DNA of 34,384 nt from an uncultured archaeon (GCA_964610875.1 CAZSWP010000038.1:1-34384); one strand, 5' to 3'; shown: positions 25,046-34,384, counted from the stretch's first letter. Notes: generated by a model from the sequence alone, not told the origin. Made by a program: numbers and translations.

Positions 25046-26500
25046 TTAGAAATCAATATCCACACGTTTTACTGTACCCTTGCTAGAACGATACACAATT
25101 CCTTCTTTTTCTAGTTCCTCGAGCGCTTCTACTACTTCTTCTGCAGATAACTCCACTTCAGGGCCATGTTCCTTTAGATCATCCATTGTCACTTCGACGG
25201 TATTGTTCTGTGATAATTTCTTCAATATCAAGAGAAACCTATCAGTTGTAGGAGAACTACTATCAACTGCATCCATGTCAATCTCGAGTGGAATACTCTT
25301 CTCTTTGGATTCTCTTTTTCCATCTGATGCATCTTTTCGGGCTTGCAATAGAGCAGCCATGAGGTCTACCTTCTCTTTCGGCTCCTCCTTCTCTCCGTCT
25401 TTTCTATGTAGATCTGCAAGACTAACACCATCATCCTCTTCAAGATCTCCATCTTCTATGTATGGAATTGGATCTTCAATGATTTCAACACCAAGCCAAG
25501 ATGCATCAACATCTTGGTTTTTACCAGCAGCTCTAAGTAATTGTCGTCTGTATTTCTTCTCGATTCTCTTCCTCTGTTTTTCAAGAGTTGATTTATGACA
25601 CTCTATAGAGCCCAACTGTAGCATAATACGTTCTGCTTGTCCCCTCACTCGTGAATGTGAATCTGTTATCATATATCCAAGGATTTTCAATATGCTTGTG
25701 AATCTTGATTCTTCAATATTGATATTCTCTAGTAATGCTTGTTTGACTCTCCAATCTGGGTCTGCAACGATTTCCATGACAAGTCCGGAGGCGGAAGTTA
25801 TACCTATCTTACCAAGAGTCGCTGCAACTTCAGCTCTATCCTGCCAATCTCCCTTCACGAGATATGTAGAAAGGTGCTTAACAGATTTCTTATCTACAAT
25901 CCCACAAATGTATGGTAACAACTCTGGTTTCTTCTTTACGGATTTTTGTACTAGCAACTTCACAATTCCGCTATGCTTCTTCCTTGGCATCACAAGCATC
26001 TTGGGGATTGTGCCATATTGGATTGTTTCAATATGATTACGGATACGTTTTCTCACCCATCTGATACCAGGGTCTCCTAGAAGGATCATCAAGCCAAAAA
26101 CTGTTGGTTGATGTTCTCTCCCAAGCTTCTTCAGTGCTTCTATCCAATTCTTTTTCTCAGATTTGCTTACTGGAGGTCCAATCATGCTGAAAGATTCCTC
26201 TATTCCTTGCAGCACCTGTTCACGTTCTGCAGAATTAAGATTCTTCATCGACTCGAAAAGCTCTGAGATATACTTCCCATAGGCATTTCTTCCAGCTGTT
26301 CTAAATACGAGTCTTCTGAGTGTTGCATCGTTTGTATCCAGAAGAGCCATGGTCTTCGGTAGCAACGACTTAGCAGTTTCATGCATCATTAATTTCCCTG
26401 CTGAAGAATACATTACTCCCAAATCAGGAGAATCAAGGTTTGAATAAATGGACCTTAGCTCACGAATTTTCTTCGTTTCAGCTTTTTCAAAATCCATCAT
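25046..26500 (-). CDS. HEAT-repeat protein with acidic linker and C-terminal winged helix
   Basis: HEAT-like repeats (DWQDRAEVAATLG, DPDWRVKQAL, DSHSRVRGQA); C-terminal ALEELEKEGIVYRSSKGTVKRV resembles the wH at the end of archaeal MCM or RPA32. Confidence 0.8.
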   Translation of the reverse strand: MMDFEKAETKKIRELRSIYSNLDSPDLGVMYSSAGKLMMHETAKSLLPKTMALLDTNDATLRRLVFRTAGRNAYGKYISELFESMKNLNSAEREQVLQGIEESFSMIGPPVSKSEKKNWIEALKKLGREHQPTVFGLMILLGDPGIRWVRKRIRNHIETIQYGTIPKMLVMPRKKHSGIVKLLVQKSVKKKPELLPYICGIVDKKSVKHLSTYLVKGDWQDRAEVAATLGKIGITSASGLVMEIVADPDWRVKQALLENINIEESRFTSILKILGYMITDSHSRVRGQAERIMLQLGSIECHKSTLEKQRKRIEKKYRRQLLRAAGKNQDVDASWLGVEIIEDPIPYIEDGDLEEDDGVSLADLHRKDGEKEEPKEKVDLMAALLQARKDASDGKRESKEKSIPLEIDMDAVDSSSPTTDRFLLILKKLSQNNTVEVTMDDLKEHGPEVELSAEEVVEALEELEKEGIVYRSSKGTVKRVDIDF

Positions 26501-27438
26501 TTCTCGCCTCCTTTCGTAGCCTTTTTCTTGCTACGTCTGGCCTTCATTCTCTCCCTGCTAGATTTCTTCGGACTTGTTTTCTTCTTCCTCTTCTTTTTAT
26601 CAGGTATAAATTCGGTAAGAGTAGCCTGTGAATCATCATCTTTTTTCTTGGTTTCAGTTTCTTTAGGTGTAGTCTCTTCTTCATCCAATGTCTTGCCGTC
26701 TAGAGTAAGTTGTTCCGTCAGACCTGTTAATTCATCAATTCGAGTACTATCGATTTCCAATTCGAGGAGAATATTTTCATAATTCTGTTCTAATTCTTTG
26801 GCTCGAGAATCATCCATAGGTATAGTTTTTTCAGTAAGTTGACGTTCTCGCAGCACTCTTCTACCAATGACTGTTTTATGCAATTTGGAAATGTCTAGTT
26901 TATCGTTCTTAACTTCGGGCTTAGCTTTGCCGAATTGTTCTATTTTTGCTTCCTCTAATTGTGGTACTAGATACCCAAAATTATCTCTCTTGAGGGCGGA
27001 TGATTCAAGATAATCAAGACTTCTTTGCTTAATTAATTTCTCAGCAGCATCAGAAACAGTGTTACGGACATCCTGTCTCCCTGCCTTCCAGCTCTTAGCT
27101 TTTGTTAGAATAGAGAGTATTCTAAAAGAGGATTCATCAATTGCCAAACTGAGACAATGAATATCAAGAGATGCAAAGACCGCATCTCGTATCAAAATCA
27201 TGGTTTCAGAAATATCCTCGGTTGTTTTCTCTTTGTCCCAATATTTTTCAAGTAATTTATCAATACGATGCCAAGGATTATTTCGTTTGTCTTCCCAATA
27301 TAATTTCATACTCTCAATAAGATAATCAATATCCCCTCGTTTTACGGAGTCGCATATCCCATCAACAAATGCGAGTTTGCCTTTAGATTTCTTACGGGGA
27401 TTTGGCAGGATTGTTTTCCTCCGATTCAGTAGACTCAA
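26497..27438 (-). CDS. Hypothetical helical protein with PIP-box-like motif and Lys/Arg-rich tail
   Basis: 313-aa ORF with TTG start; QATLTEFI followed by PDKKKRKKK; its stop overlaps the next start (ATGA). Confidence 0.8.
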   Translation of the reverse strand: MSLLNRRKTILPNPRKKSKGKLAFVDGICDSVKRGDIDYLIESMKLYWEDKRNNPWHRIDKLLEKYWDKEKTTEDISETMILIRDAVFASLDIHCLSLAIDESSFRILSILTKAKSWKAGRQDVRNTVSDAAEKLIKQRSLDYLESSALKRDNFGYLVPQLEEAKIEQFGKAKPEVKNDKLDISKLHKTVIGRRVLRERQLTEKTIPMDDSRAKELEQNYENILLELEIDSTRIDELTGLTEQLTLDGKTLDEEETTPKETETKKKDDDSQATLTEFIPDKKKRKKKTSPKKSSRERMKARRSKKKATKGGEK

Positions 27439-27692
27439 GAAACAATCTATAATTTATTCCTTTTCTGTCGTTGTATCACAAGGTATTTTCATTTTGCTAA
27501 TAATTTTGACGTAATATCCTCCGATTTCTTATTTGAGTAACACAACTTCCACTTTGCAATACGAAAATTCATTCCTTATATTTCTGATATTAGTACTTTG
27601 AATAGTTTAATATTCATTTTATCTTTCCAAAGAATGATATACTAGTATATACATAGGATATTTTCGGATGTACACTAGAGAGGTGTAGGTTA

Positions 27693-30245
27693 ATACAGGG
27701 AAAGAGAATTTTTTCGTTATTTCTAATTAGCTTTCTTTTTACAATGCTCTTATTTTCTTCAATACAAAATTTAGCAGTCAATCCTGAAATTGGAACACGC
27801 AGTGATATAACCATTAGAGTGAATGATGGACGAGTATTGGAAAATAATGATGAAAACGTATTTTATCCAAAGGAAATCTCTCCTGATTTAGAAACTCAAA
27901 CCAATAATTTTGGTTCTGCTGCTGACTTTCCTGAAGAAGGGTCTGATGGTGACTATTACTGGATGAAATTACTAAATTCTGGCACTTCAGAATCAGTAGA
28001 GTCCATCATTGAAGTCAGTACTGGAGGCTATCTTTTGTGCGCAGTTGCAAGTGTCTACAACTGGGTAATACGGATTGATGAGAATGGAAATCACCTGTGG
28101 AATATGACTTATGATACGCAGACGGAGAACTATCCAAATAATGTGATAGAAACTAGTGATGGTTGTTTTGTCATAGTAGGTTATTCTTATAATTATACAT
28201 CGATGGTGTATGATGCATTTGCTTTGAAAATAGATGCAAATGGAGATCATATGTGGAATAAGACATATGGAGGGTCAAAGACCGATAAGGGAAATGACAT
28301 CGTCGAAACTGAAGATGGAGGATTATTCATTTTTGGGAACAGTATGAGTTACGGCTCAGCTGTGGAGGACTTCTGGCTGTTACGTTTAGATTTCAATGGC
28401 AATGCAATGTGGAATAAAACCTATGGTGATGCAAGTGGTAGAGACTACGGAAATGCAATTTTAAAATCGAGCGCAGGTGATTACATACTCGCAGGAGGCC
28501 GCTGGAGTGGGTCCACAGACATGGGTGATGTTTGGTTAATCTGGGTTGATTCTGAAGGTGTAGTTCAAGATGATTATCTTTATCCATTACGTGCAGGATT
28601 ATCTGAAGGAGCAAACGACATAATCGAGTGTGCAAATGGTGATTTCGTTGTTACCGGGTATTGTTATGATTCATCAACAAATTATGGTGATGCTATTACT
28701 ATGCGTACTGACGCAAGTGGTGCACATCTTTGGAATTCAACATACAGACTTAGTAACCAATCTAACGGGGCTAATTCTGTTATAGAAATGAGTAGTGGCG
28801 GTCTTGTTATTTGTGGAGATTCTTGGTTTGGTTCACCTTATGGATCTGATGCATTCATATGTCGTTACAATGATGAGGGTGAATTATTGTGGAATCAGAC
28901 TTATCGGGGTGGATGGAGTGACTATCTTTATGACCTCGTTGAACATGAATCTGGAGGTTTCCTTTTTGCAGGTGAAACAAATGGATTTGGAGCAGTGGGT
29001 AACGATGGGTGGCTAGGTCTTGTACCCGAGCCAAAGTGGATTGATGCACCTGGCGAGATTGAGTGTGAGTTAGATATTTCATCTTGTTATGACATTGGTG
29101 CAACTTCTGCCGCAGGTATTGATACATGGTATGTAAATGACACTGCTTTCCAACTTGATGACAATGGGTTACTCACACATTCTACCAGCTATTTGGCAAC
29201 ATATCCTATATTTATCTGGTTCAACGATACTATGGGTAACTCAATATCAAAGGAGATAGACATTACCTTTGTAGATTCAATTGCACCTACATGGGTAGTT
29301 GTGCCCGAGGATACTGTCATTGAATATGGCGAATCATTTGTCTGTGATCTAGATGCAACTGATAAATCTGGAATAAGTCGATTTTGGCTTGAAGAAACTC
29401 CATGGTTCACAATAGATCCAGCTGGCATCATAAGAACAAGAGATACACTCCCTCTCGGTCCTTATGGAATAAAGGTCTGCGTGAATGATAGTAATGGAAA
29501 TGCAGCGTCAACAATCTTCATTGTCACAATTGAAGATACTACAGCTCCAACTTGGGTTTATGCACCTCACCATATTTACGTAGAATATGGCGAACCGGTT
29601 GAATTCCATTTAGAAGCTGAAGACCCATTTGGTATCAGTTCATGGGTATTAAGTGATACTGAGAATTTCACCATTAGTGAAACAGGATGTATTGTGAGCA
29701 ATGAAATTCTAGAAGTCGGAACTTATGGTCTCGAAGTTACAGTAACTGATGGAAATGATAATTCAGTATCGGAGAGTTTCAATATCATAATTCGGGATAC
29801 TACATGTCCTAATTGGCTTGAAGAACCATTGGACCAAGTGTTAGAATATGGACAATCTTTGGAATATGACATACCCATCTGGGATCTCTCTGGAGTATGT
29901 GATTGCGAGATTGATGATGAACACAACTTCGATATTGAATTGAATGAAAATGGTGATGAGGACATAATTACCATAACAAACCAAGTTGAACTTGAAGTTG
30001 GAACATATGAATTGTTGATCACTGTATCAGATAAGTATGATAATTCATTGAGCACCAAAATCCATGTTTTTGTGATAAGCATCGGGCCTGAATCGTCATC
30101 TGATACAGCCACATCTACGAATACATCAACAGGTGGTGATATCGCGCCAGTTGATCCATTAGTTCTAGGAGTAGCAGTAAGTGGCGGAGGTATCGCCGCT
30201 GCAGTCATTATTTTCATACTCTACAAGAAATATCGTTCAACCTAG
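27693..30245 (+). CDS. Cell-surface glycoprotein: 7-bladed beta-propeller + 4 Ig/cadherin-like repeats + S/T linker + TM
   Basis: Seven W.xTY..D....I.E..GG...G repeats; four PxW...P...EYG...D.SGI repeats; C-terminal TM and KKYR. Start proposed at ATA 27693 after GAGGTG; the first ATG is 27744. Confidence 0.88.
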   Translation: MQGKRIFSLFLISFLFTMLLFSSIQNLAVNPEIGTRSDITIRVNDGRVLENNDENVFYPKEISPDLETQTNNFGSAADFPEEGSDGDYYWMKLLNSGTSESVESIIEVSTGGYLLCAVASVYNWVIRIDENGNHLWNMTYDTQTENYPNNVIETSDGCFVIVGYSYNYTSMVYDAFALKIDANGDHMWNKTYGGSKTDKGNDIVETEDGGLFIFGNSMSYGSAVEDFWLLRLDFNGNAMWNKTYGDASGRDYGNAILKSSAGDYILAGGRWSGSTDMGDVWLIWVDSEGVVQDDYLYPLRAGLSEGANDIIECANGDFVVTGYCYDSSTNYGDAITMRTDASGAHLWNSTYRLSNQSNGANSVIEMSSGGLVICGDSWFGSPYGSDAFICRYNDEGELLWNQTYRGGWSDYLYDLVEHESGGFLFAGETNGFGAVGNDGWLGLVPEPKWIDAPGEIECELDISSCYDIGATSAAGIDTWYVNDTAFQLDDNGLLTHSTSYLATYPIFIWFNDTMGNSISKEIDITFVDSIAPTWVVVPEDTVIEYGESFVCDLDATDKSGISRFWLEETPWFTIDPAGIIRTRDTLPLGPYGIKVCVNDSNGNAASTIFIVTIEDTTAPTWVYAPHHIYVEYGEPVEFHLEAEDPFGISSWVLSDTENFTISETGCIVSNEILEVGTYGLEVTVTDGNDNSVSESFNIIIRDTTCPNWLEEPLDQVLEYGQSLEYDIPIWDLSGVCDCEIDDEHNFDIELNENGDEDIITITNQVELEVGTYELLITVSDKYDNSLSTKIHVFVISIGPESSSDTATSTNTSTGGDIAPVDPLVLGVAVSGGGIAAAVIIFILYKKYRST

Positions 30246-30255
30246 TGAATTGGTT

Positions 30256-30286
30256 AAGAGCTCCAAAATGAACTCACGGAGCTCTT
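30256..30286. terminator. Inverted repeat between convergent genes
   Basis: AAGAGCTCC-13 nt-GGAGCTCTT perfect 9-bp stem. Confidence 0.6.
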
Positions 30287-30303
30287 CCCTTTATTATCAT
30301 CAT

Positions 30304-31056
30304 CTAGAAAATAATCGAGAGACATGTCAGCGCTCCATCACAAAAACAAAACTGTGTTGTATCGATTGTTTGAACCTCAAAACCTTGCTCCCTTACGGAT
30401 TTCACTGCATTATCATAACCTCTGGGCATAATCACAACTTCATCAAGAGTGAGCGTGTTGGAAGCATAAGCTTCTTTTTGTTCCAGTTCGATTTTACTAA
30501 ATTCGGAGAATACACTGTGCTTCAAAAATTCTTTTTCACCTATCACCCAATCATCCTTTAGATATGTGACATGGCTCTTAAGATGCATAATCGAAGGCTT
30601 GTGCACTATCTGAACATTCACCTGTAGCGTGTGTTCCATTATGTTGATCCCTTGCTGATTAGTTCTGGATGTCAGTCCCACGATAAGTCCATCATCTAAA
30701 TGGATAACATCCCCTCCTTCCAAATATGCCTCTCCTGCCAATTGTTCTACACTCAGGTAGTCTTTCAGTAGATCTGCTATTGATTCGTGTTCACCTTGCC
30801 TTTCACGCATTCTTGTGTTTGCTATGATTGCCTTATTTCCATGAACAACGACTGTATCTTCGACAAAGCATGCATCAGGATGATTTTCCAGTGGAGGGAG
30901 TGTAATTACTTCTATACCTAACTCCTTGAGTAGATTGCCATAGACAATATGCTGCTCAATTGCCCTCGTAAAACTGATACGGTTTCTATCAGGATGTGTG
31001 GATAGACATGATTGGAATTCTTTTCCTGGTCTTCGAATAATTGCATGTTTTGCCAT
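30304..31056 (-). CDS. Dimethylarginine dimethylaminohydrolase (DDAH) / amidinotransferase family
   Basis: PDACFVED, LEGGDV, SRTN, HLKS and C-terminal GALTCLS (catalytic Cys). Confidence 0.93.
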   Translation of the reverse strand: MAKHAIIRRPGKEFQSCLSTHPDRNRISFTRAIEQHIVYGNLLKELGIEVITLPPLENHPDACFVEDTVVVHGNKAIIANTRMRERQGEHESIADLLKDYLSVEQLAGEAYLEGGDVIHLDDGLIVGLTSRTNQQGINIMEHTLQVNVQIVHKPSIMHLKSHVTYLKDDWVIGEKEFLKHSVFSEFSKIELEQKEAYASNTLTLDEVVIMPRGYDNAVKSVREQGFEVQTIDTTQFCFCDGALTCLSIIF

Positions 31057-31158
31057 GCGAATGAATTAGGTTAGGATGTGGAAAAGTGAATCGGTATGTT
31101 AAGAAAGAGAGGCTCATCTTTTACCACTAGATGGTCTTCTCATAGTAAATCTATGAAA

Positions 31159-31755
31159 TCATTTCTCGGATACCTTTTTCCAGATTTCAACACCTAATAA
31201 TTTGTATCCCTCAAGACTGAGATGTAATCCATCACCCGAGTCATACATAGGTAACAAGAGACTATTTTCGTCTGCCATTGTGGTAAAAATATCAACAGAT
31301 GTGTATTTGTCATCTTTTTGCCAAGACAGAATATGTTTGTTTAATTCCTGCTGAGCTAGTTGTATTCTACCGAACTCTGTAGCAATTGGTGGAACTGTAA
31401 CTCCAACCACGTTTGCACCCGATTTTAATGCAAGATTCCATAGACTTGTTATCGATACTTTGATGTCATCAACTGGGAGACCCCATCCTATGTCATTGGA
31501 GCCAGCCAGGATTATGATGTGTGAGAAGTGTTCATTTTGTATTAAACGAGTTAGACGAGGTTTCATATGTGCTGCTAACTCGCCAGGATATCCTGCATTG
31601 TAAAATGATATCGAGGTATATCCCTCATTCTTTGCACGAGTTTGTAACCAATAACCATATTGCCATTTTGGATCGCCGCCATAACTTGGATCGTACCCTG
31701 GTGTACCTGCTGTGAGACTATCTCCAAACCCTAGAATCTTCACTTCTCTATCCAA
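31159..31755 (-). CDS. SGNH/GDSL hydrolase
   Basis: FGDSLT, NAGYPG, GSND and DGLH blocks. Confidence 0.93.
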   Translation of the reverse strand: MDREVKILGFGDSLTAGTPGYDPSYGGDPKWQYGYWLQTRAKNEGYTSISFYNAGYPGELAAHMKPRLTRLIQNEHFSHIIILAGSNDIGWGLPVDDIKVSITSLWNLALKSGANVVGVTVPPIATEFGRIQLAQQELNKHILSWQKDDKYTSVDIFTTMADENSLLLPMYDSGDGLHLSLEGYKLLGVEIWKKVSEK

Positions 31756-31771
31756 GATGGTCGAATTCTCC

Positions 31772-32146
31772 TCACTCTAAAAGATAGTATGTGTCGTTTC
31801 TGAAATCTTCATTCTTTACATTCAACTCAAGAAATATGATATCTGTGAGTGCATGTAACTCGTGGTATATTCCAGCGGGGACTTCAATCAACATGTTCTC
31901 TTCAATCTCATATGACTCCTCAACATTTGTTTCTATATTCTTAGCTATCAGTCTTGCCTTTCCAGAAATACTATAGAATATCTCAGGGTTTTTTGAAGAG
32001 ATAGTTCCCTTATGGTAATGCGAACCACTCACAGTTCCCTTTTTCCTTCGGAGAATTAGAATATATCCACTTGGCCTGATTTCAACACCTCGAGTACTAC
32101 CTCTCTCATCTGGACCAAATGAATCTATTTTCTGTATCTTGATCAA
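31772..32146 (-). CDS. Cupin-domain protein
   Basis: GSHYH...PE..Y.ISG and VPAGIYH motifs. Confidence 0.85.
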   Translation of the reverse strand: MIKIQKIDSFGPDERGSTRGVEIRPSGYILILRRKKGTVSGSHYHKGTISSKNPEIFYSISGKARLIAKNIETNVEESYEIEENMLIEVPAGIYHELHALTDIIFLELNVKNEDFRNDTYYLLE

Positions 32147-32203
32147 GTCACTTTCCCTCAGAGGATGAATGGTAAGTAGTGATACTCACCAATATCAAGC
32201 CCA

Positions 32204-33406
32204 CTAAAAGAATGATGGTTCTGTTTCTGATACACTCTTTGGTGCTTTCATCTTAAGAGTTTCTTCTGGTGAAAGGACTTCTACTAGCTCATATTCTCGA
32301 CTGCCCATCCCTAGATCCTCTGAATAGCCTGTCACAAGATATGGGTCTTTCCATGGCCCATGAATTCTAGCGAATGGATGTAAGTCAGCATCAGGATTGA
32401 GGTTGACATTCTTGAAGAAGGGTGGTATCATACCCTCGATGAGACCTTCGTTAGCTATAAGGTCCAGTGTAGCTTGTTCAATAGCTACAATGTCCTTGCT
32501 ACCCAGAATACCGATGTCATTGATAACTCCCGGTTGTGCAATTCCCCAGCAGTCACAAAGTGCGGTGATATCTATTGCGAAGTTCAGGAAGAAGACCTTG
32601 TCATCATCATATGTTTTCAGGATCTCATGAGCACCTCTTGCCATAAGCTCTTGGAACAATGCATAGTTCTCAGGCTTCAATTCAAGACATCCCACTTCCT
32701 CATCTGCATCCATGCATTCCAAGCACTGGTTGCACATTCCGAAACTTACGCTAATCTCATGTTTTTCTTCATCGTATTTGATATGACCATCTGGGCACGC
32801 TTCTACCAGTTTCTTGGCATGTTCAGGGGTACATTTGTCTGAATCCCAATATGGTATACTTGCTTCAACACCGTGGATCTTTCTCCATCTGCTTGGTCCG
32901 TGGTATCCTCCTAGAGCTATGTTCTTGATTGCACCGCCATATCCACAGGAGTTGTGTCCTTTGGCATGTGATAAATCAATCAATACATCAGCATCACGTA
33001 AGACTCCTGCTAGCTCGAGTGAATCGACATTGTGAAAATCAAATGTGACCTTCTCAGTATAACCATCCTTTACGCCTGCAACTGGAATCAGGGGTGCACC
33101 ACAGGTTTCTGCAGTGTATCCTCTATTAACAGCATTATACACAGCAGTGGGATTATCCGTAATGAATGGAAAACCACCTTCCTTCTTTACTGCTTCCACT
33201 ACTCGTCTAACAAAGAATACTGGTACTGTCTGATATCCATCTCGAAAACCAAGGTGCATCTTCACAGCAACTTTGTCCTTTGGCTTGATTGTGGAAAAGT
33301 CAAGATGTTCAATAATCTTGTCTAGTTTTGCAGCAAGTGATGCAAACGCTCCTCTATTTCCATGTTTTACAGACCCAAAATAGACCTTTGAAGAATCCGA
33401 TGTCAT
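32204..33406 (-). CDS. DUF362-domain Fe-S protein
   Basis: VAVKMHLG, HAKGH, GGAIKN.ALG, CDC and DIVAIEQA motifs; internal ferredoxin-like insert with CNQCLEC. Confidence 0.9.
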   Translation of the reverse strand: MTSDSSKVYFGSVKHGNRGAFASLAAKLDKIIEHLDFSTIKPKDKVAVKMHLGFRDGYQTVPVFFVRRVVEAVKKEGGFPFITDNPTAVYNAVNRGYTAETCGAPLIPVAGVKDGYTEKVTFDFHNVDSLELAGVLRDADVLIDLSHAKGHNSCGYGGAIKNIALGGYHGPSRWRKIHGVEASIPYWDSDKCTPEHAKKLVEACPDGHIKYDEEKHEISVSFGMCNQCLECMDADEEVGCLELKPENYALFQELMARGAHEILKTYDDDKVFFLNFAIDITALCDCWGIAQPGVINDIGILGSKDIVAIEQATLDLIANEGLIEGMIPPFFKNVNLNPDADLHPFARIHGPWKDPYLVTGYSEDLGMGSREYELVEVLSPEETLKMKAPKSVSETEPSFF

Positions 33407-33475
33407 ACAGTGACAACATGTATTATAGAATAAAACAGTTTGGAAACGCCTGTGATTGGCGAAAGAACTGTCTTC

Positions 33476-34030
33476 CTACATTAGCTCTAGACCAGATGCT
33501 CGTCTAATTAGAGTTCCGAGTCCAAGACTTGAGAGGAAGTAAAATGAAAAGAGGTTCAATCCAAAGCCTGCTCCTGGGACATTGTATCCAAGCCAGCCAT
33601 CAATGAAGAAGAGTAAATCTTGTACGTTGAAGGGTAGAATGGCAACTGCCGCACCTCCATATATTGCTCCCAATATGGCCCATATCAACAGCAGTGGAAT
33701 ATAGAACAAGAGCATGGGTTTACATCTGGATGTCATCATTCTCGATTGGATTGACATTATCCTTCTCTGACTGTCCATTACTTCTTGAAGCAGCATTGGA
33801 TCATTTGTTTTCCTTGCTTCATTGAATTTATCCCTCCATGCTTTGACTTCTTCCATGTCTGTTTTGAGCTGCTCCACATCTGTAAACTTTTTTGTTAAAA
33901 ACAAAGAGATGAGAGATATCCCCACACTTATTCCTAGGATGAATGGTACAGACATGGGAAAGCTCGAAACTGGTTCAAAGAAGCTAGCAATACCTTGAAT
34001 GATGTCGCCATAGAGGTCCAAATGTTCCAC
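33476..34030 (-). CDS. DUF106 / EMC3-TMCO1 (Oxa1-superfamily) membrane insertase
   Basis: TM, coiled coil, KPMLLFYIP, TM, and a final FYFLSS TM segment; GTG start. Confidence 0.88.
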   Translation of the reverse strand: MEHLDLYGDIIQGIASFFEPVSSFPMSVPFILGISVGISLISLFLTKKFTDVEQLKTDMEEVKAWRDKFNEARKTNDPMLLQEVMDSQRRIMSIQSRMMTSRCKPMLLFYIPLLLIWAILGAIYGGAAVAILPFNVQDLLFFIDGWLGYNVPGAGFGLNLFSFYFLSSLGLGTLIRRASGLELM

Positions 34031-34384
34031 CTGCTTGTTGGTGCCTGTTCTCTTGTCAATTAAAACCTTCCTAGCGATGAAATATCATACTACGATAAAC
34101 TTCTCAGTTTCATGCTGGTGTTTAGTACATGTCAACATTGCTTTCTAGTAAACGTTAGTCTATCTCTATGGCGCGAATATTAAATTTGTAGTACACGCAT
34201 TAATGTTTATACATCTTCCATTTCGCGCGAGCTTTGTAAATGCCTTTTCAAATAGCTAATATGTACAGTTTAAGGAGTGTATTACGCCATTTTTGAACTA
34301 TTTATGGAAGTATTACAGAGCTTATGTGCAAGTGGAAGCTTCCTATACTATACAAACGTGTACTGTTTGAAACCTGTTGTCTTT

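Noticed and set aside
27950-30070. Repeated DNA words such as TGTGGAATAA.AC.TATGG
   Set aside because: These are coding repeats of propeller and Ig domains, not CRISPR or DGR repeats.
472-33325. Numerous 60-185 aa antisense or alternate-frame ORFs in the track
   Set aside because: They are shadow ORFs inside well-supported genes, with no recognisable motifs.
34221-34228. TTTCGCGC equals the eukaryotic E2F site
   Set aside because: A single short match with no E2F-like gene in the window; likely chance.
1-34384. Mobile elements, defence systems, tRNA/rRNA
   Set aside because: No transposase, integrase, RT, nuclease, terminal repeats or cloverleaf was recognised by eye; a tRNAscan/Rfam run would be needed to exclude them fully.

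Overview
Gene-dense, AT-rich archaeal chromosomal segment with about 32 CDS. No rRNA, tRNA, CRISPR array, transposase or phage gene was recognised. A Rab-like small GTPase, a second degenerate GTPase-fold protein, a stand-alone single-domain gelsolin, a DUF106/EMC3-type insertase, C-terminally anchored surface proteins and GGAGG/GAGGTG ribosome-binding sites point to an Asgard archaeon, most plausibly Thorarchaeia (inference). The metabolic content is peptide and amino-acid catabolism (TldD/PmbA, M32 carboxypeptidase, D-cysteine desulfhydrase-like, DDAH, two amidohydrolases), a MoxR-VWA chaperone pair and a REC-PAS histidine kinase. The most interesting unexplained elements are: (1) a ~650-bp intergenic region (7957-8610) with an SD-led 11-codon micro-ORF and a dense hairpin array; (2) a translationally coupled pair of a PIP-box/basic-tail protein and a HEAT-repeat winged-helix protein; (3) a Rab-like pseudo-GTPase; (4) a wHTH protein ending in a PIP box next to the gelsolin; (5) an FdhD lacking its catalytic Cys loop; (6) likely ATA/CTG start codons. 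All calls come from motif reading by eye; no searches were run.
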